This document shows, piece after piece, positions 8,488-16,875 of a DNA stretch of 28,898 nt. Position 1 is the stretch's first letter; every line of letters begins with the position of its first letter. The position numbers and the translations under genes were made by a program. Under the pieces are notes generated by a model. The model was not told where the DNA came from and did not search any database. It saw only the letters and a program-made list of their open reading frames with translations. This DNA is from a virus (Duplodnaviria; Caudoviricetes), in IMG/VR virus record IMGVR_UViG_3300012663_000269, positions 1 to 28,898 of that record; one strand, given 5' to 3'.

Positions 8488-9636
8488 TCATGCTATCTCC
8501 CTATGTAAGTCTTTTAGTTTTACGCCTGACTTGCTGTGTAGTATCTCCGCCAGTTGTGGTAAATGAAGATAACCTTCTCGCGCATCATCGTCATGAGTTT
8601 CAGCGGCGGCACTAAAGCGGCGAACATCCATGTGGTGTACTGGTGACGCAACACTGCAACTGAAACGGTTCCATGAAAACTTATTCTCCCCACGGACATG
8701 CTCAGATACAACGGAAATATTCCCACTAGAATTTTTGCGCTCATGCTCTTCAACTAAGTGGATGATGCGCTTTGTGTAGCCGTTCTCCGTTACCGTCTTT
8801 TCGCGGTTCTTAAAAAATGTTTTGGTATCTTTGGGGTCTACGTAAAAGATTGCGCGGTTCCCTTCGCGCTCAACCGTGGTTGACCACATAGCGCGTCTCG
8901 ACCCCCAAAGATTGAAGTGGTGAGCAACCATGCTAGTAACGACTGTGCTTTCATTGTTATCTTCGTCGCTAAAGTTCTTCCACGAAGATAGCTGCCACTC
9001 CTTCCTCATGTACGATGCTTTAGGGGTGTTTATCGGCGTGTGCGCAAGGTGATGTGTTGGAAAAACCTCGCTATCCTTTATAGATACATAAAAAGATACC
9101 CAGAATATTTTATTATCAGTCACATCACGGTAACCAAAACCGCAACGATAAATGGCTCCAGCCTTCTTTGCCACATACCACGGGCATTTTTTCTGTTTCA
9201 TTGCGAAAAAGAAGTCGGGGTGCATAACTTTTTCATTACCATTTACACCATCTGTGTGGGCTAAAAAAATTATTGTTGGTAACCCAACGCCCTCATTAAT
9301 CTGGCTGCTACAAATAACCTCATCAAGAAGATTGGGTATTACTGACACACCAAACTTCTTTAAACCTTCTACTTCTTTTTTATCCATAAAGCTCATTTGT
9401 TGGTAGTCAATCTTCATGGCGTCAAACGTATACTCAAGGTTATCTAAAAGATCGGATAGAGTCTTCGATCTTTCTTTGTTGTACTTGCGCTTGGGGGTAT
9501 TACCCTTGGGTTCTTTGACCTCTTCTTTGACCTCTTCTTTGACCTCTTCTTTGACCTCTTCTTTGACCAGCTCAATAGGCACCGGCTTTGCCCAAAGTGA
9601 CTTCAGCCAATCAATTATTTCCCTTATGCTGGTCAT
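8488..9636 (-). CDS. Hypothetical protein with N-terminal KEEV repeats
   Basis: 382-aa ORF with AAGGAG RBS and ATGA coupling. His/Arg motif H.VEEHER...V.EHVRG near the C-terminus. Confidence 0.75.
   Translation of the reverse strand: MTSIREIIDWLKSLWAKPVPIELVKEEVKEEVKEEVKEEVKEPKGNTPKRKYNKERSKTLSDLLDNLEYTFDAMKIDYQQMSFMDKKEVEGLKKFGVSVIPNLLDEVICSSQINEGVGLPTIIFLAHTDGVNGNEKVMHPDFFFAMKQKKCPWYVAKKAGAIYRCGFGYRDVTDNKIFWVSFYVSIKDSEVFPTHHLAHTPINTPKASYMRKEWQLSSWKNFSDEDNNESTVVTSMVAHHFNLWGSRRAMWSTTVEREGNRAIFYVDPKDTKTFFKNREKTVTENGYTKRIIHLVEEHERKNSSGNISVVSEHVRGENKFSWNRFSCSVASPVHHMDVRRFSAAAETHDDDAREGYLHLPQLAEILHSKSGVKLKDLHREIA
9511..9568. repeat. 12-bp tandem repeat (TTCTTTGACCTC) x4.8, in frame
   Basis: Perfect units start at 9511, 9523, 9535 and 9547, with a partial unit at 9559. 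Confidence 0.95.
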
Positions 9637-9866
9637 GTGTTCTTCTCCTTTAGCTTGGCTTCGATGGCATCTGCAAAGTCGCCGTATTGCGAACAGAAAT
9701 GCTCACGTCCTTCTACCGCCTCGTCCCACATCATTTCTTTCTCCGTCTCCGTCAGCCCCTGCCATTCGCGCTGCGTTTTAAGTAGTTCGTTTTCTTCGCG
9801 TAACTGACGTAGCGCAAAAAGCAAATCACTTTCTCGACTCCATGCAGCGATAGTGGGGTCAGTCAT
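9633..9866 (-). CDS. Hypothetical protein (REWQGLT...IEAKLKEKNT type)
   Basis: ATGA-coupled ORF; its C-half is paralogous to 10262..10537. Confidence 0.7.
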   Translation of the reverse strand: MTDPTIAAWSRESDLLFALRQLREENELLKTQREWQGLTETEKEMMWDEAVEGREHFCSQYGDFADAIEAKLKEKNT

Positions 9867-10063
9867 GTCGGCTTCCTTTCTCCAGTTTCAAAGGCTTCTC
9901 TATTATCTGCGCTGTTGTGCGTAATTAAGTTCAGTTCCTCGTCAACTCTTGGGTTACACCAGCACATTGCTTCTTCTACATGCTCTCGAAGATCGTTTAA
10001 CGGAACTACATGAGTCGAAACCCCGTTCTTCTGCATTATGTTTGTCCATACTTGCCATGTCAT
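9863..10063 (-). CDS. Small hypothetical protein, possibly metal-binding
   Basis: H..P..D..EH...CWCNP...H pattern; ATGA coupling. Confidence 0.7.
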   Translation of the reverse strand: MTWQVWTNIMQKNGVSTHVVPLNDLREHVEEAMCWCNPRVDEELNLITHNSADNREAFETGERKPT

Positions 10064-10269
10064 GTGTTCTTCTCCTTTGTTTTATCTAGCATTGCACGTA
10101 GCTTGCCTTCAAAGTCTGAGGATGTCGCAGGCCACACAAACTTACGCTGGTCAATCGTCATGTCATTCCCGTACATCATCGCTTTAACAAGTTTTGGTGT
10201 CATCGCTGTGTACTGCTTAGGGTTCGGTTGATCTGGACAGATCGTTATTGTGTACGGTAATTTAGCCAC
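10060..10269 (-). CDS. Hypothetical protein
   Basis: GTG start after AAGGAG; ends in KEKNT. Confidence 0.65.
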   Translation of the reverse strand: MAKLPYTITICPDQPNPKQYTAMTPKLVKAMMYGNDMTIDQRKFVWPATSSDFEGKLRAMLDKTKEKNT

Positions 10270-10537
10270 TGTTCTTCTCCTTTAGCTTGGCTTCGATGTC
10301 GTCATAAAATTCTCTTCCAGATAACGCGCCGTGAAAATGAAACTCTGCTATCTCTGCAAGTTCTTCTGCTGTCAGCCCCTGCCATTCGCGTTCAGGCCGC
10401 GCTAGTGCTGTGCGTAGTGCTTGTAGTGGTTTTGTTGATCGTCCCAATTCTTCGCTTGGTCTTGCACAATCAAGACAGGTTTTTTGCCATGATTCAAGCG
10501 CATCCAACGCCATCTGCATTACTTCTTTGTCAGTCAT
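10262..10537 (-). CDS. Hypothetical protein (REWQGLT...IEAKLKEKN type)
   Basis: ATG at 10537 overlaps the upstream TGA and follows GAGGG. Confidence 0.7.
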   Translation of the reverse strand: MTDKEVMQMALDALESWQKTCLDCARPSEELGRSTKPLQALRTALARPEREWQGLTAEELAEIAEFHFHGALSGREFYDDIEAKLKEKNSG

Positions 10538-10815
10538 TTCTTTACCCTCACTAGCGTCGCAGCCATCAGCCAACCTTCTTCGGCTAACATCTTGGCGCAA
10601 GACTCACGCTCCGCTTCTGCTACATCCTGCTCATAAGCAGTCCAATACTTCGCGTCCCAGGCTTTGCGCTGGCGCTCTGCTGCTATGACTAGGGCGGCGA
10701 ACCGCTCAACCTCATCTGTGCATGTGTGCCATCCATCGGCGTCAAAAATATTCCCTTCAGGGTCTACTTGCCATCCAGATTCTTTAGCAAAACGAACAAT
10801 CTCTTCTTTAGTCAT
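10534..10815 (-). CDS. Hypothetical protein (ERFAALV...ERESCAK type)
   Basis: ATG at 10815 with ATGA coupling. Confidence 0.7.
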   Translation of the reverse strand: MTKEEIVRFAKESGWQVDPEGNIFDADGWHTCTDEVERFAALVIAAERQRKAWDAKYWTAYEQDVAEAERESCAKMLAEEGWLMAATLVRVKK

Positions 10816-11273
10816 TTGGTTACCTTCCACTGGTTATTTCTTAGATGGGTTTCGTACTCGCCTCTAAGTAACCCTGCCTTTACTCTGTCTGCGTTTGACT
10901 TCTTCCTCATCGCGGCGCGCTCGTTATCCCATTTAGTATTCTGTTTGCCTAACTGTATCTTGACCATCCAATCTAGCGTTGCCACATCCTGTGATCTTTC
11001 CGTATCCCACAGCCGGTCTGCCAATGGCCGCATAAATCTGCCAACCATCTCTTGCACGCGCTCGACCCAGTACACACTTTTAGGGCATCTTTTTAAATCA
11101 TGCTTCTGTAAATCTATGCCCCAAGGTTTAAGCCAATTACCTAGCTCAGACATTCTCTTGTCTGCCCTGAAGGTCTTAATCAACATCGCGTCATACACTC
11201 GCTGCTGTTCTGGTGTTACTGGTTTTCTTTCATCAGGCTCATCAGTTCCGCATTTATCTTCGCCCTTGCCCAT
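10812..11273 (-). CDS. Hypothetical protein
   Basis: 153-aa ORF tiling the operon; start codon uncertain. Confidence 0.6.
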   Translation of the reverse strand: MGKGEDKCGTDEPDERKPVTPEQQRVYDAMLIKTFRADKRMSELGNWLKPWGIDLQKHDLKRCPKSVYWVERVQEMVGRFMRPLADRLWDTERSQDVATLDWMVKIQLGKQNTKWDNERAAMRKKSNADRVKAGLLRGEYETHLRNNQWKVTK

Positions 11274-11446
11274 TTCTTATCTCCTTCCATCAACATCAGC
11301 GCTAGTGCAAACAATATAAAGTTCTGCATCTTGTCCACGTCTTCTTCATTCACTACACCATTGCGTATATCGTTGATGGTGCGCATAGCTTCGCGCCTTG
11401 TGTGATCTACTGTGGCTTGCCACTCCCTAGTAGGCTCAGCTCTCAT
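11216..11446 (-). CDS. Hypothetical protein
   Basis: GGGAG RBS; ATGA coupling. Confidence 0.65.
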   Translation of the reverse strand: MRAEPTREWQATVDHTRREAMRTINDIRNGVVNEEDVDKMQNFILFALALMLMEGDKKWARAKINAELMSLMKENQ

Positions 11447-11637
11447 TTCTTACTCCCACACATATGTTTCTTGGCGGCCTTCAAGTCTGCGTTAAAGAAC
11501 CATGCGACACATTGCTTCTCCACATCTACTACTACCGGAACAGGGGCAGGGATAGCCTTCCTCCCTTCTACTTCACCTACCTTGTACGCAAACCCTACAC
11601 CAAGAACTATCCCTAAAATATAAATCATGTCTCTCAT
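11443..11637 (-). CDS. Small protein with N-terminal membrane/signal segment
   Basis: Hydrophobic stretch MIYILGIVLGVGFAY and a C-terminal Cys pair. Confidence 0.65.
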   Translation of the reverse strand: MRDMIYILGIVLGVGFAYKVGEVEGRKAIPAPVPVVVDVEKQCVAWFFNADLKAAKKHMCGSKK

Positions 11638-11645
11638 ATCAGTTC

Positions 11646-11828
11646 CTATACACGTAGTAAAAGACCGAACACTTTGGATAAAAAACTTTCACTCTGGCAA
11701 CGTAGCCCGAGCAGGATGTCCTGAACCAATCGTTCTTCTGGCGTAGATTTCTTATTGTGATATTGTGGGTAATAAAATATACCAATCTTAGGCGGCTCTT
11801 CTCTAACAAACTTACCGTTAATTAACAT
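11646..11828 (-). CDS. Hypothetical protein
   Basis: GAGGAG RBS; TGATG coupling. Confidence 0.6.
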   Translation of the reverse strand: MLINGKFVREEPPKIGIFYYPQYHNKKSTPEERLVQDILLGLRCQSESFLSKVFGLLLRV

Positions 11829-12157
11829 CAGTCATCCTCCTCTATAAAGTAATTAGGCACTCGCGCTCTACGATCTTCCGCAGCGCGGCGCAGTTCTATC
11901 TTCTTGTTTTTTATTTCTGCTTGTAGCTTCCTTACTTCTACTGCATCTGGTGCTGTGTACAACCCTTTATCATCTGGTGTAGGTATGGGCTTGCGCTTAG
12001 TCGTCTGGTTATGAGCACCCGCACCCGGTGTACTAACCTCATACTCCATAGTTGCAAAATGCCTACCGCAATCTAAACATTTCCGCCTACGCATTGGGCC
12101 TTCAGGTTTCTGAACAGTGCTCTTCACATTACTGTTCCCCCCACAAGTACATTTCAT
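11828..12157 (-). CDS. NrdR-like zinc-ribbon protein (no ATP cone)
   Basis: MKCTCG...V..T...RRRKCLDCGRHFATME. Confidence 0.7.
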   Translation of the reverse strand: MKCTCGGNSNVKSTVQKPEGPMRRRKCLDCGRHFATMEYEVSTPGAGAHNQTTKRKPIPTPDDKGLYTAPDAVEVRKLQAEIKNKKIELRRAAEDRRARVPNYFIEEDD

Positions 12158-12360
12158 TGTATCTCTCCATAATCGTAATAGATATAAAACACGTTCCTTA
12201 GTTTTCTTTGCCCGACTGTCGGTATAGATTTACCTATGTCGCACATGCGTAGAAACGCTATCTTCTCAAGTATTTGGTCGTCATGGATAGGGCTCTCCAT
12301 CTTACCTAGCATAGTGAACTCTACCCTGACAACTGTACCGTTTAACGCCTTAGTTACCAT
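12154..12360 (-). CDS. Hypothetical protein, similar to C-terminus of 12409..13197
   Basis: KIAFLRMCDIG..I..VG.R versus KLALLRMVDVG..I..VG.R; GGGAG RBS. Confidence 0.65.
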   Translation of the reverse strand: MVTKALNGTVVRVEFTMLGKMESPIHDDQILEKIAFLRMCDIGKSIPTVGQRKLRNVFYIYYDYGEIQ

Positions 12361-12408
12361 ATACTACTCCCGATTAGTGTTAATAGTCTACACTAATTTT
12401 AATAAACG

Positions 12409-13197
12409 TCAAACAGGGGGTTCCATAAGTTCATACAATGTAAACTCTGTATCGGTATGGCGCATCCCAACCTCGTCAATATTAGCGCCGACATCAACCA
12501 TGCGCAACAATGCCAACTTGCTTTGTTGTTCCATAGTTAACTCTACCCCGCCAGTTTCAATCTCTCCGTTCGACGTAATCATTACCCCAACACGCTCAAC
12601 TTTTGTGTTCCGTCTACGTACTGCTTCCTCGTAAATAGGGCATGCTTGATCTACAAACTCCCGTATGGTTGGGGAAGTAAAAACTACCCCATTCTTTTGT
12701 AGCTGACTAAGCTCTGCGACTAAATCCCTTGCAGATACAGATCGGTGCATTCTGTTGACGTTATCTTGCAGTTCGCTACTCCAGTTGTATAAAGCTCTAT
12801 CTATGTCCCGTTTGTGGTCGGCCATTATTTCCGCAAAGCTAAACGGCTTTACGTAAGTAAGCATCAGCTTCAACGCCTTACGCATGTCCTTAGTCTCCGA
12901 TGTGTGGTACTCACTATTACCCGCATTGAACTTCTCATTCTTAATACGGCGTGCCCATATAGAAAACTTATGTTCTTGTGACCTCCTTCCTGCTAAATAC
13001 CATTTGACCGCTGCAACGTGTGGCTTGCTCGGGTGCTTAGCATCAAAGAACTTAACCGCGCTACACACGCCTGTGTTTTCATTCCTATCTGCATAAGTTG
13101 ATTCATACTTAACTATCAGCTCAGCGCGGTTGTGTAGGTCGAACTGCTTGATTAGCTCGCGCAGATTAGGGTTTATCTTATCGTGTTCAATAACCAT
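12409..13197 (-). CDS. Hypothetical early protein
   Basis: True start at 13197 after GGAGAATAAA; the longer track ORF runs through the palindrome. Confidence 0.75.
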   Translation of the reverse strand: MVIEHDKINPNLRELIKQFDLHNRAELIVKYESTYADRNENTGVCSAVKFFDAKHPSKPHVAAVKWYLAGRRSQEHKFSIWARRIKNEKFNAGNSEYHTSETKDMRKALKLMLTYVKPFSFAEIMADHKRDIDRALYNWSSELQDNVNRMHRSVSARDLVAELSQLQKNGVVFTSPTIREFVDQACPIYEEAVRRRNTKVERVGVMITSNGEIETGGVELTMEQQSKLALLRMVDVGANIDEVGMRHTDTEFTLYELMEPPV

Positions 13198-13218
13198 TTT
13201 ATTCTCCAAGTAAGTAGT

Positions 13219-13242
13219 AAACTTCACGTCGACATGAAGTTT
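13219..13242. repeat. 24-bp palindrome copy 1
   Basis: AAACTTCACGTCGACATGAAGTTT. Confidence 0.95.
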
Positions 13243-14116
13243 AGAAATCGAAAGATTTGAGAATCTCATCGACGCGTTTCTTTACATCAATCCGCACGTG
13301 GTCGTTCTCTCTAAGTTCTTTAGGTGACACATCTACAATCGCCCGCTCTAATTCCTGACGCGCCCGCTCAAGCTCAGGGTCATCAGTCACATTAAGTTTA
13401 GTCAGCAGTCCACACAACTCAACTGCGTTCTCTACTAAAGAGTCGCGGAACACTTGCACCTTAACTTCGGTGCCGTCCTTCAGTACGCGTGGCGATTCCG
13501 CATCACTAAGTTTTACACTCATGTGGGTGAGTGTCGTGTGGAGACGCTCCCAAATATCTTTCACTGCGGCGCTCATCTTCGTATTGAAGTGCTTCTCATA
13601 CTGATCTTTCAGCTCAGTCATGGCCGCATCAGTTGCTTCGATACGGAAGTCGTTAACTTCTGGGACGGGCATAAACACATAGCCGAATTTAAACTTACGT
13701 TCGACGTTCTCAGCGTCAGGATATTCCCCGCGATCAAACAAATCGCCAAGCTGAAACGCCGCCGCCGATACCAGTGTTGGGTACTCCGCTATAAACTCAG
13801 AGACCACACGTGTAAACTTCTGCTCATAGTTATTGAGGATGCGCTTGTACTCAAAGAAGTTCTTCATAGGCAACAAGCGGCTACCACTATCCGACCAAGG
13901 CAGTGTCTGCTCGTAATGCCACACGCGTACAGCGTTGACGATCTTCTGTACTTCATCCAACTTAGCGGTGCCTGCAAGCAGGTGCTTATGGTAGTTGCCA
14001 CCCTTAGCCCGTGTACCCTTGCTCACATCAATCTCATCAGATACTTTCTTGTCCATCTTGCGACCTGTCCATGCACTGATATTCAACTCTACTAACATTG
14101 CGCTGTTCTGAATCAT
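13241..14116 (-). CDS. DUF3150-like helical early protein
   Basis: LVELNISAW.G.K.D, TLPWSDSG.RLLP, LGDLFD..EYP and LN.T.DP.L patterns. ATG at 14116 follows GGAGAATAAA. Confidence 0.6.
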   Translation of the reverse strand: MIQNSAMLVELNISAWTGRKMDKKVSDEIDVSKGTRAKGGNYHKHLLAGTAKLDEVQKIVNAVRVWHYEQTLPWSDSGSRLLPMKNFFEYKRILNNYEQKFTRVVSEFIAEYPTLVSAAAFQLGDLFDRGEYPDAENVERKFKFGYVFMPVPEVNDFRIEATDAAMTELKDQYEKHFNTKMSAAVKDIWERLHTTLTHMSVKLSDAESPRVLKDGTEVKVQVFRDSLVENAVELCGLLTKLNVTDDPELERARQELERAIVDVSPKELRENDHVRIDVKKRVDEILKSFDF

Positions 14117-14141
14117 TTTATTCTCCAAGTAAGTAAGTAGT

Positions 14142-14165
14142 AAACTTCACGTCGACGGGAAGTTT
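14142..14165. repeat. 24-bp palindrome copy 2
   Basis: AAACTTCACGTCGACGGGAAGTTT. Confidence 0.93.
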
Positions 14166-14332
14166 TGCCAACCGTTTAATAGTTTTGATAACGCTACTGC
14201 TTCTTCCATGCTTAGCTCTTGCCCTGTTAGTAACTCGCAACTAGGCAAGGCTGTCCACGCTTCTAAGTCACGGGCTGGTACATGCCCATTGTAAGTAGTC
14301 TTAACTACAAAGTATCTAAGTTCCTCCTTCAT
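14147..14332 (-). CDS. Hypothetical protein
   Basis: ATG at 14332 follows GGAGA; the stop codon lies inside palindrome 2. Confidence 0.55.
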   Translation of the reverse strand: MKEELRYFVVKTTYNGHVPARDLEAWTALPSCELLTGQELSMEEAVALSKLLNGWQNFPST

Positions 14333-14516
14333 AACTTCTCCCATTAAGTACTACACACATAGCCTCGGCCTCTTCGTGTGTCATATTGCTAGCGACTATG
14401 TCAAGGTTAGAGTACCGCTCTCTCATGGGGGGGATACATGCGTAGTACTTAGCATGTAAGCTAGTTGCTTCACGTATCCACCCCCTATTCAGAACACTGT
14501 AGTTAGTCTCCGACAT
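14316..14516 (-). CDS. Hypothetical protein
   Basis: 66 aa; shares M..EEA.A...LNG with its downstream neighbour. Confidence 0.55.
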   Translation of the reverse strand: MSETNYSVLNRGWIREATSLHAKYYACIPPMRERYSNLDIVASNMTHEEAEAMCVVLNGRSYEGGT

Positions 14517-15702
14517 ACACTGACACGCCTACACTAGCGGTGATGCGCTTAGTTGTAATGCCCCACAGCACAGGCGCAGTCCAATCAGTACCCCATCCAT
14601 TCACATACCCGTCCGTCAAGACGATCACACACTCAGGCTTCATCCCATGCTCCTTGATGTAAGTAGGAATACATTGTGGGTCAGTACCTCCACCCCCCTT
14701 AGGCTTAGTCGATTGCAGTAAGCCCTCATACGTACCTTGCTCATACTTCTCGTGCTGACATACCTCTGTGTCCCAATACAGCAAGTCAATACCTTCAGGC
14801 GTCACGCTGTTGCATATGTTAATAAGCTCGCCAAGAAACTGTCCGACCTCTGCCGACCCGATAGACCCTGACATGTCAATAGCCACAGCAATGCGCCCAA
14901 CACTCTCGCCTACTAAAGACGGCAAGTAAGTGCCACTGTCCACCCACCGTCTGTTCGGCTTACGCCACGTCGATATATCTTTCTCCGCACAGTAAGATGT
15001 TATGTATTCACGCAGTGCATCACGCCAGTTAACCTTGGCCTCGAGTAAGTCAGACACATCACGCGGCACGTTACCTTTCATCTTGCCTGCTAGTAAGGCA
15101 CCTTGTCTCAAGGCTTGGTCAATCTCTCGCTCAAGGGAACCTTTCTCTTCGGCGCTGAGCTCTTTTGCCCCTTTCCAATCATGCTCGTCGAATCCCCCTT
15201 CACCTTCCTCGCCTTCGCCTGCTTCTCCATTACCATTACCTTGTTCATCACCATCCTCTTGCTTTTGTTTGAGTAAGCGGAATACTGTACCCGCATCCAT
15301 GCCACGATACTGCTCGTCGTACAGCCCACCCTCAGGTAACTTAACTTCCTTGCCGTCCCTGTCAGAGTCCACGATCATCAGGTTGATGACGTAGTCACAC
15401 GCTTGGTTCGCAAGTTTAGGGTTGTCCTGCCACAGATGTTCCCACACAGTCATGTGCCGAAACGCTTTGTGTAAGTTCTCGTGCAGTATCAAACCCTTCA
15501 GCTCTTTGTCGTTGATCTTGTTGACAAACTTACGCCCATAGAACGTATCGCGCCCATTGGTTGCCGCAGTCGGCAGGTCATCACGTACCTCAGTCCTACC
15601 CATCATGATGATGCCCGCATACAGGCAGTAGTTCGGATTGTTCATTAGCGCGACGTGTGATTTCTGTACGCGCTGCTCTGCTGTTAAACTTAATGTCGAC
15701 AT
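14503..15702 (-). CDS. DUF2201-like HExxH metallopeptidase + VWA domain protein
   Basis: TAATNG, HENLH, DYVIN, an acidic Gly linker, MIDAS DMSGS, GGGT and LTDG. Confidence 0.88.
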   Translation of the reverse strand: MSTLSLTAEQRVQKSHVALMNNPNYCLYAGIIMMGRTEVRDDLPTAATNGRDTFYGRKFVNKINDKELKGLILHENLHKAFRHMTVWEHLWQDNPKLANQACDYVINLMIVDSDRDGKEVKLPEGGLYDEQYRGMDAGTVFRLLKQKQEDGDEQGNGNGEAGEGEEGEGGFDEHDWKGAKELSAEEKGSLEREIDQALRQGALLAGKMKGNVPRDVSDLLEAKVNWRDALREYITSYCAEKDISTWRKPNRRWVDSGTYLPSLVGESVGRIAVAIDMSGSIGSAEVGQFLGELINICNSVTPEGIDLLYWDTEVCQHEKYEQGTYEGLLQSTKPKGGGGTDPQCIPTYIKEHGMKPECVIVLTDGYVNGWGTDWTAPVLWGITTKRITASVGVSVYVGD

Positions 15703-15709
15703 GAAGTTT
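15686..15709. repeat. 24-bp palindrome copy 3 (covers VWA start codon)
   Basis: AAACTTAATGTCGACATGAAGTTT. Confidence 0.92.
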
Positions 15710-15717
15710 CTCCCTTA

Positions 15718-16821
15718 TTAGAACAACCATTGGTTAGACATAGCCCAGTTTTTGAACTCTCTGTTACTCACAGCCATCGCTTGCTTAGTCTCTGACTTGA
15801 CTACGCTACGTGCAAACAACGCCTGCCATTCCTTCTCCATACGCTCTGCGTACTGCAACCACTTGCTCATGCTGTCCTTGTCAACACGAGTGATAGCACT
15901 GAACACGAGTATGCACTTGGCGATAGTGTCCTCTGGCAACTTGGCTGTCGTTGGGCTGTTGATGATCGACTCCCACGTAGGCAACTTGTCTACCACTGTA
16001 AAGAAAGACTGCATATCCCGCGCCGCACTCTCACCGATAGTCCCCGCCAACATAGCGATAGTCAACGCGTCGCCCAACACAGCACGTTTCTTAGCGATGT
16101 GGCTCGCCTTCTCAAGACTACGCGGCGTAACAAACGCACTCTGTCCTGCACGTGTAGGGTTGAAGATGTACGGGTTATCTTTCTGACTGCTGTCGCGGTA
16201 GCTTGCAAGCGCATGTGGAAACTGCCGTACCCATGCAATAACTTCTGGTGCGATGTCGTTACCCAAAGCCCATGCGCCCCACGAGTCGTCGCTGATAGTG
16301 CCGTCAGCATTGAAGCCCGCCTCAGGTTTACCCACAGTCACCAAACACACACGATTTCTAGCGTGTGCCTCAAGCATGTCACCCACACCATCACTAGCTA
16401 GGTTAGTTGTACCGAACACTCTGCTACCTGCCGGTAAGTTAACGTCACCGATGCGATGCTCGTTCATCAACGTAAGCAATACATTCTTCACGGACTTGAT
16501 AGCCTTGCCGATCTCGTCAAGCATGATGATGACGGGCTTACCCTCGTGCATACGGAACCTAGCATTAGGGGCAAAGCGTGTTACCCGCATGTCGTTCTCT
16601 ACCACTGTGTACGGTAATGCAAAGTCGCCTAGGTCAAGCAGTGTGCAGTCGATATAGGCAATTGCATGGTCAGGGAACAACTTGCTCAGATACTTGAGTG
16701 CCGCTGACTTGCCGATGCCCGGCTCGCCTTCCCCGATGATGGTCACGTCGTCGCCTGATGTGGCAATAGCTTTGTTGAACTGCTTAAGTGTGATGCTGCT
16801 GCCGAAATTAATAGCTGCCAT
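15718..16821 (-). CDS. MoxR/AAA_5-like AAA+ ATPase
   Basis: Walker A GEPGIGKS, Walker B MLDE, sensor N (GTTN), Arg finger RNR and TPRS. ATG at 16821. Confidence 0.9.
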   Translation of the reverse strand: MAAINFGSSITLKQFNKAIATSGDDVTIIGEGEPGIGKSAALKYLSKLFPDHAIAYIDCTLLDLGDFALPYTVVENDMRVTRFAPNARFRMHEGKPVIIMLDEIGKAIKSVKNVLLTLMNEHRIGDVNLPAGSRVFGTTNLASDGVGDMLEAHARNRVCLVTVGKPEAGFNADGTISDDSWGAWALGNDIAPEVIAWVRQFPHALASYRDSSQKDNPYIFNPTRAGQSAFVTPRSLEKASHIAKKRAVLGDALTIAMLAGTIGESAARDMQSFFTVVDKLPTWESIINSPTTAKLPEDTIAKCILVFSAITRVDKDSMSKWLQYAERMEKEWQALFARSVVKSETKQAMAVSNREFKNWAMSNQWLF

Positions 16822-16849
16822 TTTATTCTCCAAGTTAATTAAGTTTGTT

Positions 16850-16873
16850 ATTCTTCACGTCGACGTGAAGTTT
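16850..16873. repeat. 24-bp palindrome copy 4
   Basis: ATTCTTCACGTCGACGTGAAGTTT. Confidence 0.93.
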
Positions 16874-16875
16874 GA

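Noticed and set aside
13198-13269. Recurrent peptide KLHVDVKF in several track ORFs
   Set aside because: It is only the translation of the stop-free palindrome; the true starts lie downstream of the RBSs.
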